From Aquabacterium olei (GTDB taxonomy: Bacteria; Pseudomonadota; Gammaproteobacteria; Burkholderiales; Burkholderiaceae_C), in contig JAJUHM010000001.1 of NCBI GenBank assembly GCA_029279925.1, positions 1 through 62,547 on the forward strand: a stretch of 62,547 nt of DNA. Direction: 5' to 3'. Each line of letters begins with the position of its first letter. Position 1 is the stretch's first letter. Shown here one piece after another: positions 19,626-33,677 of the stretch. The notes under the pieces were generated by a model, which was not told where the DNA came from, made no database searches, and saw only the letters and a program-made list of their open reading frames with translations. A program made the position numbers and the translations under genes.

Positions 19626-20684
19626 TCAACCGAGGTGGGGCGCCGGCTCTGCCAGCAACGCCTTCAGATGGAAGTCGATCTGCCCGATCGCATCCGCGTC
19701 TGTGCCGAACAGGGCGAGATGCCCATCCAGGCTGTCGATCGGCCTGAACGCGCTGTTCGGGATCAACTTCTGCTCGGCCTGGCAGTCGGACGGAGGGAAG
19801 AACATGTCGGTCGCGATGGGCATGACACAGGTTCTTGCGCGGATGCGTCCCAGCGCCGCAGCCTTGTCCCCGTCGGTGTGCCGGCTGATGTCGCCGCGCT
19901 GCCACTTCCACGCCATGCACAGCAGGTTGTTCGGGTCCATGGGGCCGAAGTAGCCGGTCATGAAGCCGTCCACGAAGGCCTGCACGGACTCGAAGCCCAG
20001 CACCCGATGGCGTCCACACCGAAAGAACTCGGTGCTCCACCCCATCACGGTCCAGAGCTTGGCATGGCGCTTGAGGCCGGCTGCGACATCGGCCGGCGAT
20101 TGATAGCGGCCTTCCTGGAAGCCCGGGTCGGTGGTGATGGCCTCGACCAGTGTTTCTGCGAAGAGAAAGTCGTGCTCGGTGTTGCAGGCCGTGCCGGCGA
20201 TGGGGGCGGCGCGTTCCACCATGTCGGGGTAGCGCACGGCCCATTCGTAGGTCTGCTGGGCGCCCATGGAGCCGCCGACAACCAGCGCCAGGCGCCGTAT
20301 GCCGAAGTGCTCCGTCAACAGGCGGTGCTGGGCACGCACATCGTCGCCGATGCGCACCTTCGGAAAGTTCGGCCCGCCCTGGTCACCGGTGGTGTTGTGC
20401 GGTGAGACAGACAAGCCGTTGCCAATCTGGTTGACCACGACGATGAAGTACCGGCTTGGGTCCAGCGCGCGCCCGGGCCCGATGTAGACCTGCTCCATGA
20501 TCTTGCTGGTGCCCGAGTACCACGTGGGGACCAGGATGGCGTTGTCCTTGGCCGCGTTGAGCTGGCCATGGGTGGCCACGGCCAACTCGCAGTGCGACAG
20601 CACGCCGCCCTCTTCGAGTTCCAGTCGCCCGATGTCGATCAGCTGAAAGGGGCCGTGGTTTTCTTGCGTGTAGTAGGTGTTCAT
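19626..20684 (-). CDS. Homoserine-O-acetyltransferase-fold esterase (MekB-like)
   Basis: GGSMGA nucleophile, DMFFP aspartate, GH histidine. GGAG RBS before ATG 20684; follows the BVMO gene. Confidence 0.8.
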   Translation of the reverse strand: MNTYYTQENHGPFQLIDIGRLELEEGGVLSHCELAVATHGQLNAAKDNAILVPTWYSGTSKIMEQVYIGPGRALDPSRYFIVVVNQIGNGLSVSPHNTTGDQGGPNFPKVRIGDDVRAQHRLLTEHFGIRRLALVVGGSMGAQQTYEWAVRYPDMVERAAPIAGTACNTEHDFLFAETLVEAITTDPGFQEGRYQSPADVAAGLKRHAKLWTVMGWSTEFFRCGRHRVLGFESVQAFVDGFMTGYFGPMDPNNLLCMAWKWQRGDISRHTDGDKAAALGRIRARTCVMPIATDMFFPPSDCQAEQKLIPNSAFRPIDSLDGHLALFGTDADAIGQIDFHLKALLAEPAPHLG

Positions 20685-20693
20685 GCTTGTCTC

Positions 20694-20727
20694 CGTGTGC
20701 GTGTGCGTGTGCGTGTGCGTGTGCGTG
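20694..20727. repeat. Hexanucleotide tandem repeat (CGTGTG) x5 plus a partial copy
   Basis: Read directly: cgtgtgcgtgtgcgtgtgcgtgtgcgtgtgcgtg, between the BVMO stop and the esterase RBS. Confidence 0.95.
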
Positions 20728-20733
20728 GGCGTT

Positions 20734-22386
20734 TCAGCGGATGTCGAAGCCGGGATAGCCCGTGCGTGCCAGTTCATCGCACTTCGCGTGGTAGGTGCCT
20801 GCCCCACCGATGTACGACACCAGGCGACGTGGCTTGCCCTCGACGTTCGAGCCCATGTACCAGGAGTCGGTCTTGACCACGAGCGTTTTGGCCGCAGTCT
20901 CATCGTGGTGCTGTACCCAGGCATCCTCGAATTCCTTGGTCGCTTCGACGACGGTCTTGCCTTGCCTGCGCACGTGGGCAATGAAGTCGCTGATCCAGTC
21001 CACCTGCTGCTGCAGGCAGGTGGGCATGTTGCACAGCGCGGCAGAGGGGGCGAGCGGCGCGCCCGTGGTGAACAGGTTGGGGTAGCCATGCACTTGAAGG
21101 CCCATGGCGGTGCGGATTTCCTGTGACCACTGCTCCTTCAGCGAGCGGCCACCGCGGCCGCGGATGTCGATGCGGCTGAGCGCACCGGAGCCCGCATCAA
21201 AGCCCACGGCCAGCACGATGATGTCGACCTCGTGCACCTTGCCGTCGGCCGTCTGGATGCCTTCGGGCACGATGCGTTCGATCGGGGTCTCTCGGCAGTC
21301 CACCGCCTCGACGTTGGGCTGGAGGTACACCTCCAGGTACTTGTTTTCCAGCGGCACGCGGTGGGTGCCGAACCCGTAGTCGGTCGGGATCAGCAGCTTG
21401 CACAGATCCGGGCGGTGCTGGAGTCGAGCGCGCAACTTGGCGCGAACGAATTCCGACACTTCTTCGCTCACCTGTTCGTCGAAGAACATCTCGGAGAAGG
21501 ACGCCAGCCACAGCGCCAGAGAGCCGTCGTTCCAGAACTTCTCCAGAATGGCCGTGCGCTCTTCAGGGGTCTTGTCGGCCCACGGACCGGCTTCGAAGTC
21601 GTAGTCGAAACCGGCAAAGGTTTCGCGCACCCGCTTCTTGAGCTGGTGGAACTGCGCGCCCCACTTGGCCCAGTCGTCGGCGCTGTACTTGGGGTTCTTC
21701 ATCGGGAGCACGTACTGCGGCGTGCGCACGAAAACCTTCATCGAACCCACCTCGGGCGCGATGGTCTGGATGACCTGGATGCCCGTCGCGCCCGTGCCCA
21801 CCACCGCCACACGCTTGCCCTTGAAGTCGACGGGCGTCTTGGGCCACAGGCCCGTGTGATAGATCTCGCCCTTGAAGTCGGCCTGCCCCTGGAAGCGGTT
21901 TGTCAGGGGCGCGGACAACATGCCGCAACAGGCGATCAGGAACTGTGCATCGACCTTCTCGCCCTGGTCGGTGGTGATGTGCCAGCGTTGGCTTGCTTCA
22001 TCGTAGTGGGCCGAAGCAATACGCGTGTTGAACTGGATGTCCTTCTTCAAGTCGAGCTTGTCGGCGACATGGTTGAGCCAGCGCTCCGTTTCCGGTTGTG
22101 CCGGAAACCGCTCTGACGGTTGCCACGACTTGTACAGTTCCTCCGAGAACCAGTACTGGTAGATCTCGGCCTGGGAGTCGAAGCGCGCGCCGGGGTAGCG
22201 GTTCCAGTACCAGGTGCCTCCCACGCCGGAAGCGGTGTCATACGCCCGCACCGACAGGCCCATTTCGCGAAGGCGGTGCAGTTGATACAGGCCGGCCACG
22301 CCGGCTCCGATGACGACCGCGTCGTAGCTTGCAACGGCGGATTCCGACTGGCCTTGCCCGGCCTTTTCCGAAGTGAGGGTGCCCAT
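20734..22386 (-). CDS. Type I Baeyer-Villiger monooxygenase
   Basis: GAGVAG, GGTWYWNRYPG, fingerprint FxGxxxHxxxWP (FKGEIYHTGLWP) and GTGATG. AAGGAG RBS before ATG 22386. Confidence 0.93.
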   Translation of the reverse strand: MGTLTSEKAGQGQSESAVASYDAVVIGAGVAGLYQLHRLREMGLSVRAYDTASGVGGTWYWNRYPGARFDSQAEIYQYWFSEELYKSWQPSERFPAQPETERWLNHVADKLDLKKDIQFNTRIASAHYDEASQRWHITTDQGEKVDAQFLIACCGMLSAPLTNRFQGQADFKGEIYHTGLWPKTPVDFKGKRVAVVGTGATGIQVIQTIAPEVGSMKVFVRTPQYVLPMKNPKYSADDWAKWGAQFHQLKKRVRETFAGFDYDFEAGPWADKTPEERTAILEKFWNDGSLALWLASFSEMFFDEQVSEEVSEFVRAKLRARLQHRPDLCKLLIPTDYGFGTHRVPLENKYLEVYLQPNVEAVDCRETPIERIVPEGIQTADGKVHEVDIIVLAVGFDAGSGALSRIDIRGRGGRSLKEQWSQEIRTAMGLQVHGYPNLFTTGAPLAPSAALCNMPTCLQQQVDWISDFIAHVRRQGKTVVEATKEFEDAWVQHHDETAAKTLVVKTDSWYMGSNVEGKPRRLVSYIGGAGTYHAKCDELARTGYPGFDIR

Positions 22387-22545
22387 CTTGTCTCCTTTGA
22401 CGTTCATGTGGACCGGCATGGCTGGCCGGCGAATTCGGTATCGCTGCCTCAAGAGGTGGTGCGCTACCGTGAACGAATCTTGGAGACGCCCGCTGCGCGG
22501 GTCTTGTCGATTTCGGGCGATTTCTTGTACCGGACGGTGAACCGG

Positions 22546-23427
22546 CTAGTCGCACTTCTTCAGTCGTGCCGGGGTGACGCCCAGCCGGGTACGGAAAACG
22601 CGCGTCATGTGCGCCTGATCCGCAAAGCCGCAAACAAACGCAATTTCCTTGATCGCCATCTGCCCTTGAGACAGCAGGCGGCGGGCGCGTTCGACGCGTC
22701 GGTCCATCACATACGCATGGGCCGAGCGCCCGGTGGTCGACTTGAAGTGTTTGGTGAAGGTCCACACACCGAGCTCTGCCACCTTGGCCAATTGCTCGAT
22801 GGTGATGTTCTCCTGCAGGTGCGCCTCGATGTACTCGTCGAGCCGGCGCAAGCGGCCGGGCGAGAGCGCACCTGACCCGAGGCTGTCCTTGTAGGTCACG
22901 GCGGCATAGCAACGCAGCAGGTGCACGGTGAGTTGCATGGCCAATGCCTCTGCGTACAGCGCGCCACCCAATCCCTGCTGTTGGGCCTCGAGCGTGATTG
23001 CATCGGCGATGCTCGTGACGATCGGGTCCTGTGCGCTGAGCAGGTCACGGAGGCGTACCGCTGCGACCGGCCGATCCATGACGTCTGACGCCACCCGGCA
23101 CATGAGCGCTTCTGACAGATAGGTGTGAGAGACGTCGATGCATTGCGTCCAATGCCAATGTGACGGCTCGCAGTGTGTCAACAATGAGAAGACGCCCGGT
23201 TCACAGGCGGCCTTGCTCCACTTGCCGTCCAGGCAGCGCTCCATTGGCGTCTGACCCGACCGGTAGCGGACGATCATGACGTGGTCGATCGGAGGAATCG
23301 GCACGTCCAGACCGGTGTACCGGTAGGAACGGTGCGAAACGTCCTTCCACCCGAGTCCATCGCTCGCAGACAGGATGCGGCCGGGCACCCACTTGGGCAG
23401 GTCGGGGGGCGAGATCAGGACCGGCAT
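22546..23427 (-). CDS. AraC/XylS family activator (MekR-like)
   Basis: C-terminal double HTH (EQLAKVAEL...IAFVCGFADQAHMTRVFR...GVTP). ATG 23427 chosen as start. Confidence 0.9.
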   Translation of the reverse strand: MPVLISPPDLPKWVPGRILSASDGLGWKDVSHRSYRYTGLDVPIPPIDHVMIVRYRSGQTPMERCLDGKWSKAACEPGVFSLLTHCEPSHWHWTQCIDVSHTYLSEALMCRVASDVMDRPVAAVRLRDLLSAQDPIVTSIADAITLEAQQQGLGGALYAEALAMQLTVHLLRCYAAVTYKDSLGSGALSPGRLRRLDEYIEAHLQENITIEQLAKVAELGVWTFTKHFKSTTGRSAHAYVMDRRVERARRLLSQGQMAIKEIAFVCGFADQAHMTRVFRTRLGVTPARLKKCD

Positions 23428-23655
23428 CTTGATATGGTTCAAGAATGCGGCGTGCAAACATACCAGTGGAATCCTCAATAGGGTTAGCCACGAGGGCGGT
23501 GCGCTTGACGCCCCGGCGTGCTTCCCTGCAAACCCGCAGCGGCGTACCCCCGATTTCTGTTACAAGGGATGGTTGAGCACGCGGATGTAGCGCACGACCC
23601 GCCCTGACGATCGCCACGCGTCCCGGCGGGGTTCCATCGATCGACATGGTTCCAG

Positions 23656-26130
<2,475 letters not shown>

Positions 26131-26137
26131 ACGTTCT

Positions 26138-26500
26138 TCAGCCCTTGTGCTCGGCGGTGTCGAAGATCGACATGAAGCCGCCGAAGATCATGCGCTTGCC
26201 GTCAAAAGGCATGTCCATCTTTTCCATCTCGGGGTCTTCCATCATCTTCTTGTTGGCGGCGTCGCGCACCTCTTTCGACGGCCACTCGATCCACGCGAAC
26301 ACCACCGTCTCGTCCGGTTTGGCGTCCACCGCGCGCTTGAAGTCGGTGACCTTGCCGTCGGGGACGTCGTCGCCCCAGCACTCCACCTGGCGGATCGCGC
26401 CCAGGTGCTTGAACTTCTCGAGGAACTGCTGCGCGGCGGCGCGGTAACGCTCGCGACCGCCGGAGGGCACGGGGATGACGAAGCCGTCGATGTAGCTCAT
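26138..26500 (-). CDS. DUF1428 (YbaA) family protein
   Basis: MSYIDGFV...ECWGDDVPDGKVTDF...MPFDGKRMIFGGF. Confidence 0.9.
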   Translation of the reverse strand: MSYIDGFVIPVPSGGRERYRAAAQQFLEKFKHLGAIRQVECWGDDVPDGKVTDFKRAVDAKPDETVVFAWIEWPSKEVRDAANKKMMEDPEMEKMDMPFDGKRMIFGGFMSIFDTAEHKG

Positions 26501-26684
26501 GGTGCTTGCTCCTGCCGAGGTGGTGGTAAATGGGGTTGAGGCTCACGGAGTGAGCCTGTGTGGCCATGGCCGGCAGCGTCGCACCCCGCCCCACGGGCGG
26601 TGAACGCCAGCCCGAACGCGACGCCCAGTGTCCAGGGCGATGCCGACCCTGTCAACGCTGAGGGCGTCGTGTCCGGGCGTCGCG

Positions 26685-28004
26685 TCATCGGCGTCGCGCC
26701 AGTGCCTTCTGGTACGCGCGCATGGCCGGCGTCGCTGTCGACCCGTGCAGCAGCACCGACAGGGCGATGGTGGCCAGCACGGCGTGGGCCACGGCGGTCA
26801 GCTCCCCCGTGATGGCACCGTGCGTCACCGCGAACATCAGGTAGTACATCGAGCCCACGCCCCGCACGCCGAACCAGGCCGCAAAGCGCCGTTGCGCTGT
26901 GGTGAGCGAAGAGCGCAAGGTGGTCAGGTAGATGGCCACCGGCCTGATCACGAAGACCAGCCCGAAGGCCACCGCCAGGCTGAAGGCATTGAATGTGGCG
27001 AGGGACAGCAGGCTGCCGATGATCAGCATCACCGTCAGCTCGGCAATTTTTTCCAGGTCGAGCGTGAAATCGAGCACCTCCTTGGCCATGTAGGCCGAGG
27101 CCATCGTCGGGCTGGCCTCGGCCGAGGGCCCCAGGTCCTCGACGCCGTCGTCGGGCGCCCTGACCCGGTCGCCTGCTGTGCCAGGCTGGCGGTCGTCGCT
27201 GTCGGTCCGTTCGAACTGGCGCACGGCCAGGCCGGCCGCGAACACCGCCAGAAAGCCGTAGGTGTGCAACAGCAGTGCCAGGCCGTAGGTCAGGGCGATC
27301 AGGCCGAGCGTGAAGAAGCTTTCCATGCCGAAAGCCTGGGATTGCTCGCGCCGCAGGTGGACAACGACGCGACTGAAGAGCAGGCCGGTGAGCCAGCCCA
27401 GGCCCAGGCCCCCGGTCGTCGCCCACACGAGGTCCACCGCAACCCAGCGCAGGCCCCAGGCCCCCAGGTCATGCAAGCCCATCAGGCCCAGCGCCAGCAT
27501 CACCATCGGAAACGCCGCGCCGTCGTTGAGCCCGCCTTCGCCGGTCAGGCTGAAGCGCAGCCCGTCACGGTCTCGGGGGTGCGCCACTTGCACGTCGGAG
27601 GCCAGCACCGGATCGGTGGGGGCCAGCACGGCGGCCATCAGCACGGCGCTGCCCAGCGACAGGCCCAAGCCCATGCCGAGCGCGGTGACGAGCCCGACTG
27701 TCACCAGCATCGCCAGGGTGGCCATGCGCACCGGGGCACGCCACAGGCCATCCTTCAAGGGCGCGCGCAGGCGCAGGCCCACCGCAAAGAGCGAGATGAG
27801 CACGGCGATCTCGGTCAGCACCTCCAGCAACCCGGCGTCGCGAACCAGTTCCAGATCGATGAAGGCAAAGGCCTGTGGACCGAGCAGGTAGCCGCACAGC
27901 AGGTAGATGGCCGAGGTGCCGACGGGCAGTTTGCGCCTCAGCGTGTCGGTGAGCCCGATGACCACCAGCAGCACACCGATGACCAGGCACCATTGCATGA
28001 ACAT
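26685..28004 (-). CDS. CPA1 cation:proton antiporter
   Basis: LAPTDPVLA, GEGGLNDG and WFGVRGVGS motifs; polytopic membrane protein. Confidence 0.9.
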   Translation of the reverse strand: MFMQWCLVIGVLLVVIGLTDTLRRKLPVGTSAIYLLCGYLLGPQAFAFIDLELVRDAGLLEVLTEIAVLISLFAVGLRLRAPLKDGLWRAPVRMATLAMLVTVGLVTALGMGLGLSLGSAVLMAAVLAPTDPVLASDVQVAHPRDRDGLRFSLTGEGGLNDGAAFPMVMLALGLMGLHDLGAWGLRWVAVDLVWATTGGLGLGWLTGLLFSRVVVHLRREQSQAFGMESFFTLGLIALTYGLALLLHTYGFLAVFAAGLAVRQFERTDSDDRQPGTAGDRVRAPDDGVEDLGPSAEASPTMASAYMAKEVLDFTLDLEKIAELTVMLIIGSLLSLATFNAFSLAVAFGLVFVIRPVAIYLTTLRSSLTTAQRRFAAWFGVRGVGSMYYLMFAVTHGAITGELTAVAHAVLATIALSVLLHGSTATPAMRAYQKALARRR

Positions 28005-28037
28005 GCGGGAGCCGGGCAACCCGCATGCCCGCGGCGA

Positions 28038-28382
28038 TCAGGGGGCCGGGTCCCGCGTGGCGATCGGCGCGGCGGTCGCGGCGCTGTCCACCGCCTCGTC
28101 CAGACTGGCCTCGCGCACGGCCGCCCGGGCCAGCAGGTGCGATGACACGGGCAGCGTCGCGAGCAGGAAGCCGACGGTGAGCAGCAGGCGCCAGGTCCAG
28201 GCGCCATCCTGGGCGATCAGCATGGCGCCCGTGCACACCAGGGCCAGGGCCAGGGTGCCGGCCTTGGTCGCGGCGTGCTGCCGCGCCAGCGCATCGGGCA
28301 ACACGATCACGCCCCATGCGGCGATCACCAGCAGCACGGCGCCGGCGGCCAGCAGCACACAGCCCAGAAGCAGGAGCATCAT
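28038..28382 (-). CDS. mrpG: Mrp antiporter subunit G
   Basis: PDALARQHAATKAGTL and PVSSHLLARAA; position in operon. Confidence 0.88.
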   Translation of the reverse strand: MMLLLLGCVLLAAGAVLLVIAAWGVIVLPDALARQHAATKAGTLALALVCTGAMLIAQDGAWTWRLLLTVGFLLATLPVSSHLLARAAVREASLDEAVDSAATAAPIATRDPAP

Positions 28383-28690
28383 GGCCGTGGCTCCTGTGTG
28401 TCGTGGGGTGCCGACCGCTCGATGAGCCGGGCCCAGCCTGCCGTGCCCACGAAGCCGACCAGGGCCAGGCCCATGCCCACGTCGAGGAACACCGTGCGTG
28501 CCGTGGCCAGCGAGGCGGCCACGCACAGCGCCACGGCGGCGGCCAGGAAGATGTCGAGCGCCACCACGCGGTCGGCATGACAGGGCCCGCGCACGATGCG
28601 CACCGAGGCAATCAGCGTGGCGAGCAGGGCCAGGGCCGTCAGCAGTGCGATGGCGACCGTCAGCATCGTGCCGGAGGACAGCGCGTTCAT
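28379..28690 (-). CDS. mrpF: Mrp antiporter subunit F
   Basis: RGP-x-x-ADRVVALD motif. Confidence 0.88.
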   Translation of the reverse strand: MNALSSGTMLTVAIALLTALALLATLIASVRIVRGPCHADRVVALDIFLAAAVALCVAASLATARTVFLDVGMGLALVGFVGTAGWARLIERSAPHDTQEPRP

Positions 28691-29034
28691 GCCGCCACCC
28701 CGAACCAGGCCAGCAGCGGGGGCTCGAAGCGGCGTCGGATGGTCTCCACGGCCGCGTCCGCGTCGCGCGTGTCGAGCATGTGTAGCACCATCTGCCGCCG
28801 GGGCAGGTCGATGTCGACCACGGTCGTGCCCGGCGTGAGCGAAATCATGCAGCCGAGCAGCGCCGCGCCCTGGGCGTTCATGGGCGCGAAGTCGATGCGC
28901 ACAAAGGCTGCCGGCGGCGGGGCGCCGATGGCCAGCCCGTGGCGCGCGATGGTGCCGACCGTCTGCAAGCCGGAGGTGACCATGGCCGCGGTGAAGCGCC
29001 GGGGCAGGGCGATGGCGGCGGTGAGCCTGTTCAT
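28687..29034 (-). CDS. mrpE: Mrp antiporter subunit E (short form)
   Basis: ISLTPGT...LHMLD motif. Confidence 0.85.
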   Translation of the reverse strand: MNRLTAAIALPRRFTAAMVTSGLQTVGTIARHGLAIGAPPPAAFVRIDFAPMNAQGAALLGCMISLTPGTTVVDIDLPRRQMVLHMLDTRDADAAVETIRRRFEPPLLAWFGVAA

Positions 29035-29064
29035 GCAGTCAACCTCCTTCTCGTGTGGGCCCCG

Positions 29065-30524
<1,460 letters not shown>

Positions 30525-30528
<4 letters not shown>

Positions 30529-30923
30529 GCGCGGGTCCCCCCGTCGGTGGACAGCGGGGGCTTGACCGGATCGGTGGCCGGCGGCTCGGTCAGCCGCAGC
30601 GCCAGGGCGTCGTCGGTGCCCACACGGCGGACCAGCTGCATGACCAGCACCAGGGCGAAGCACATCAGCGCAAAGCCGATGACGATGGCCGTGAGCACGA
30701 GTGCCTGCGGCAGGGGGTTGGCAGCCTCCTGCAGGACCTGCTGACCGACTTCGATGATGGCGGGCCGCTCGGGCCCGAGCCGGCCCGCAGCGAGCAACAG
30801 CAGGTTGATGGCGCTGCCCAGCAGGGCCAGGCCGACCACGCAGCGCAGCACGTCGCGCGACAGGGCCAGGTAGAGCCCGGTCGCCAGGGTGATCCACAGT
30901 CCGAACGCCACGGCCCAGATCAT
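30525..30923 (-). CDS. mrpC: Mrp antiporter subunit C
   Basis: NPLPQALVLTAIVIGFA motif. Confidence 0.92.
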
Positions 30924-31360
30924 GGTGCCTTCTCCTTCGCATCCTGATTGAGCAGCGCCACGGCATAGCCTCCGAGCGCGCCCCAGACTGCCAGGTACAC
31001 CCCCAGGTCGAAGACCAGCACGGTGGACACCGGCACGTCGGTGAAACCCAGCGGCAAGGCGCCCCACTGGTGCGTGAGGTAGGGCTGGCCCAGCGCCCAT
31101 GCCGGCAGGCCCGACACGAGGCCCGTCAGCACGCCCAGCGCCGCCAGGCGCACGGGCGAACGCAGGGGCAGCCGCTGCGTGGCCGCGTCGGGCCCATGGG
31201 CCAGGGCCCACAGCACCGTCGCGGTCACGGCCAGCAGGCCACCGATGAAGCCGCCGCCGGGCTCGTTGTGGCCGCGCAGCAGCACGAACACCGATGCGGC
31301 GAGGATGACGGCATACAGCGGCCGGGCCACGACCTCGAGGATGAGCGGTTGGCGCTTCAT
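30920..31360 (-). CDS. mrpB: Mrp antiporter subunit B
   Basis: RGHNEPGGGFIGG and FDLGVYL. Confidence 0.92.
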   Translation of the reverse strand: MKRQPLILEVVARPLYAVILAASVFVLLRGHNEPGGGFIGGLLAVTATVLWALAHGPDAATQRLPLRSPVRLAALGVLTGLVSGLPAWALGQPYLTHQWGALPLGFTDVPVSTVLVFDLGVYLAVWGALGGYAVALLNQDAKEKAP

Positions 31361-33675
31361 GGCGTGTCTCCTGGCTCACGTGATGAGCGGCTGGCCCGCA
31401 GCAGCGGGATGGCGGCGAGCAAGGACAGCATGACCACCGTGATCTCGCCCAGCGTGTCGAGCGCGCGGAAGTCCACCAGGATGACGTTGACCACGTTGCG
31501 GCCATGTGCGGCCGGCACGCTCTCGGCGCCGAACCAGCGCGACACCGTGTCGTCGAACGGTGTGGCCACCGTGAGCAGCATCAACGCGGTGAGCACGGTG
31601 GCAAACGTCAGCGACAGCACCAGGGCCAGCGGGCGCCATGCCGGCTCGGCCACGCTGTCGGCCTTGCCCTGACGCTGCAGGGCCAGCAGCACGGCGGCCA
31701 CGACGATGACGAACACGGTTTCCACCACCACCTGGGTGAAAGCCACGTCCGGGGCGCCGGCAAACAGGAAGAGCACGGCACTGCCATAGCCGACGAGGCC
31801 CGTGCCCAGCAGCAGCACCAGGCGCTGCCGCAGCGAGGCCGCAGCCAGACAACCGAGGGTCATCAGCAGCACGGCGCCGGACACGCCCACCGAAGGCGCC
31901 GACCATGCGGGCCAGGACAGGTCGGGCAGGCTGGCCAGGAGCGGCAGCCCCACCGCCACCACGGCCGCGGCCGCCGCCAGGAACATGTAGCCGGGCGAGC
32001 GCCCGTGCTGCAGCGTGCGCGTGGTCACGGCGGCGATGCGGGGAATCCAGCCCAGCGAACGCTCGTAGTGCGCCGCGAAACCGAACACCGCCAGCCGCGC
32101 CGAGCCGGCGGCCACCACGCGGTTCAGGGGTTCCCACAGCAGGAACACCGTGGCGCCCAGGCCGAAGGTGACCGCAAAAGACGACAACTCGGGCCCGAGG
32201 ACCTCGGCGAGCTGGGCCAGCACCGGCTCGTCGCCTGGCGTCATCGCCACGCCGGCGGCCTGGAGCATGGGCTGGGCCCACATCGGGAACAGGCCCAGCA
32301 CGACGCCGCACAGGGCCAGTGCCAGGGGCGGGAGGACCAGCGCCGGGCCGCCGTCCAGCCTCCCTGGCGCGTCGGGCGATGTGTCGAGGCCGGTGTCGGG
32401 AGGTCTCTCGCTGGCCTCGTGCCAGAACACCCGCACGGCCGCGACGCCGGCCACGGCGACCGCAATCGCCGAGAACACGGTGTTGGCCAGCGGCACGAAG
32501 GGCAGCACGTCACCGCTGGCCTTGGCGTTCGCGATCAGCGCCTTGACCACGTAGCCGAAGGACAGCGGGATGCCTGCCATCGACATGCCGGCCAGCGCGG
32601 CACAGAGGGCGGTCCACGGCATGGCGCGGCGCAGGTGGCCGAGCCGGTCGATCAGGCGCGTGCCGGTCGCGTGGTCGATGTTGCCCGCCACAAAGAACAG
32701 CGGCGCCTTGTACAGCGCATGCGCCAGCAACAGGGCGCCCACGGCCACCGCAGCGCCTTCGCCGGGCATGCCGACCAGCGCGACCAGCGTGCCCAGCGTG
32801 GCCACCGTGGACCACGCGAGGATGCGTTTGAGGTCGCGTTCGCGCAGCGCCAGGACCATGGCCCACGCTGCCGTGATGGAACCCGCCCCCTGCAGCAGAA
32901 CCTGCCACATCGGCCAGGTGTCGAGCCCCGCGTCCAGCCGCGCCATCAGGTAGACGCCCAGCTTCACCATGGTCGCCGAGTGCAGGTAGGCCGACACCGG
33001 CGTGGGCGCGGCCATGGCGTTGGGCAGCCAGAAGTGGAAGGGGAACTGCGCGCTCTTGGTGAAGGCCCCGGCCAGCACGAGCAGCACCCCCGCCGTCAGC
33101 ACGGGCGAGGCCGGCGTGGCCGGCAGGCGCTCCACCAGCGTGCCGATCGAAGTGGTGCCCACGGCCTGGCTCAGCAGGATCAGGCCAGCCAGCAGGGCCA
33201 GGCCGCCCGTGCCCGTCACGAGCAGGGCCTGCTGCGCCGACTTGCGGCTGCCGGTCTGCGTGTGGTCGAAGCCCACCAGCAGGAAGGACAGCACACTGGT
33301 GGCCTCCCAGAACAGGAAGAGGCTGAACAGGTCGTCGGCCGTCACGCAGCCGATCATGGCCAGCATGAACAGCGTCAGCAGCACGTACAGCCGCCGCTGC
33401 CCCGGATGGCCGGCCATGTAGCCGCCGGCGTACACGAACACCGCCGTGCCCACGCCCGTGACCATCAGCAGCATCAGGGCCGCGAGGCCGTCGATGCGCC
33501 AGGCCAGCCGGATGCCGAGCGCCGGCACCCAGTCCAGGCTGCCGGCCAGGGGCAACGCTGTGTGCAGCAGCAACGAGAGCACGGCGAGCAGCGCCGCCAG
33601 CGGCAAGGCGGTGAAGGCGGCCCGGGCCATCAGGCCCAGGGTGGGGGCGTCGGGGTGGTGGGAGGCCTGTCCCAT
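31357..33675 (-). CDS. mrpA: Mrp antiporter subunit A
   Basis: FWE, TKSAQFPFHFWLPNAMAAPTPVSAYLHSATMVK, APDVA-x-TQ and NVVNVILVDFRALDTLGE. Confidence 0.92.
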   Translation of the reverse strand: MGQASHHPDAPTLGLMARAAFTALPLAALLAVLSLLLHTALPLAGSLDWVPALGIRLAWRIDGLAALMLLMVTGVGTAVFVYAGGYMAGHPGQRRLYVLLTLFMLAMIGCVTADDLFSLFLFWEATSVLSFLLVGFDHTQTGSRKSAQQALLVTGTGGLALLAGLILLSQAVGTTSIGTLVERLPATPASPVLTAGVLLVLAGAFTKSAQFPFHFWLPNAMAAPTPVSAYLHSATMVKLGVYLMARLDAGLDTWPMWQVLLQGAGSITAAWAMVLALRERDLKRILAWSTVATLGTLVALVGMPGEGAAVAVGALLLAHALYKAPLFFVAGNIDHATGTRLIDRLGHLRRAMPWTALCAALAGMSMAGIPLSFGYVVKALIANAKASGDVLPFVPLANTVFSAIAVAVAGVAAVRVFWHEASERPPDTGLDTSPDAPGRLDGGPALVLPPLALALCGVVLGLFPMWAQPMLQAAGVAMTPGDEPVLAQLAEVLGPELSSFAVTFGLGATVFLLWEPLNRVVAAGSARLAVFGFAAHYERSLGWIPRIAAVTTRTLQHGRSPGYMFLAAAAAVVAVGLPLLASLPDLSWPAWSAPSVGVSGAVLLMTLGCLAAASLRQRLVLLLGTGLVGYGSAVLFLFAGAPDVAFTQVVVETVFVIVVAAVLLALQRQGKADSVAEPAWRPLALVLSLTFATVLTALMLLTVATPFDDTVSRWFGAESVPAAHGRNVVNVILVDFRALDTLGEITVVMLSLLAAIPLLRASRSSREPGDTP

Positions 33676-33677
33676 GC

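Noticed and set aside
20685-21089. N-terminal extension with THTHTH in ORF 19626..21089 as a metal-binding tag
   Set aside because: It overlaps the BVMO gene in another frame. The RBS-supported start is 20684, so the TH run is just the translated microsatellite.
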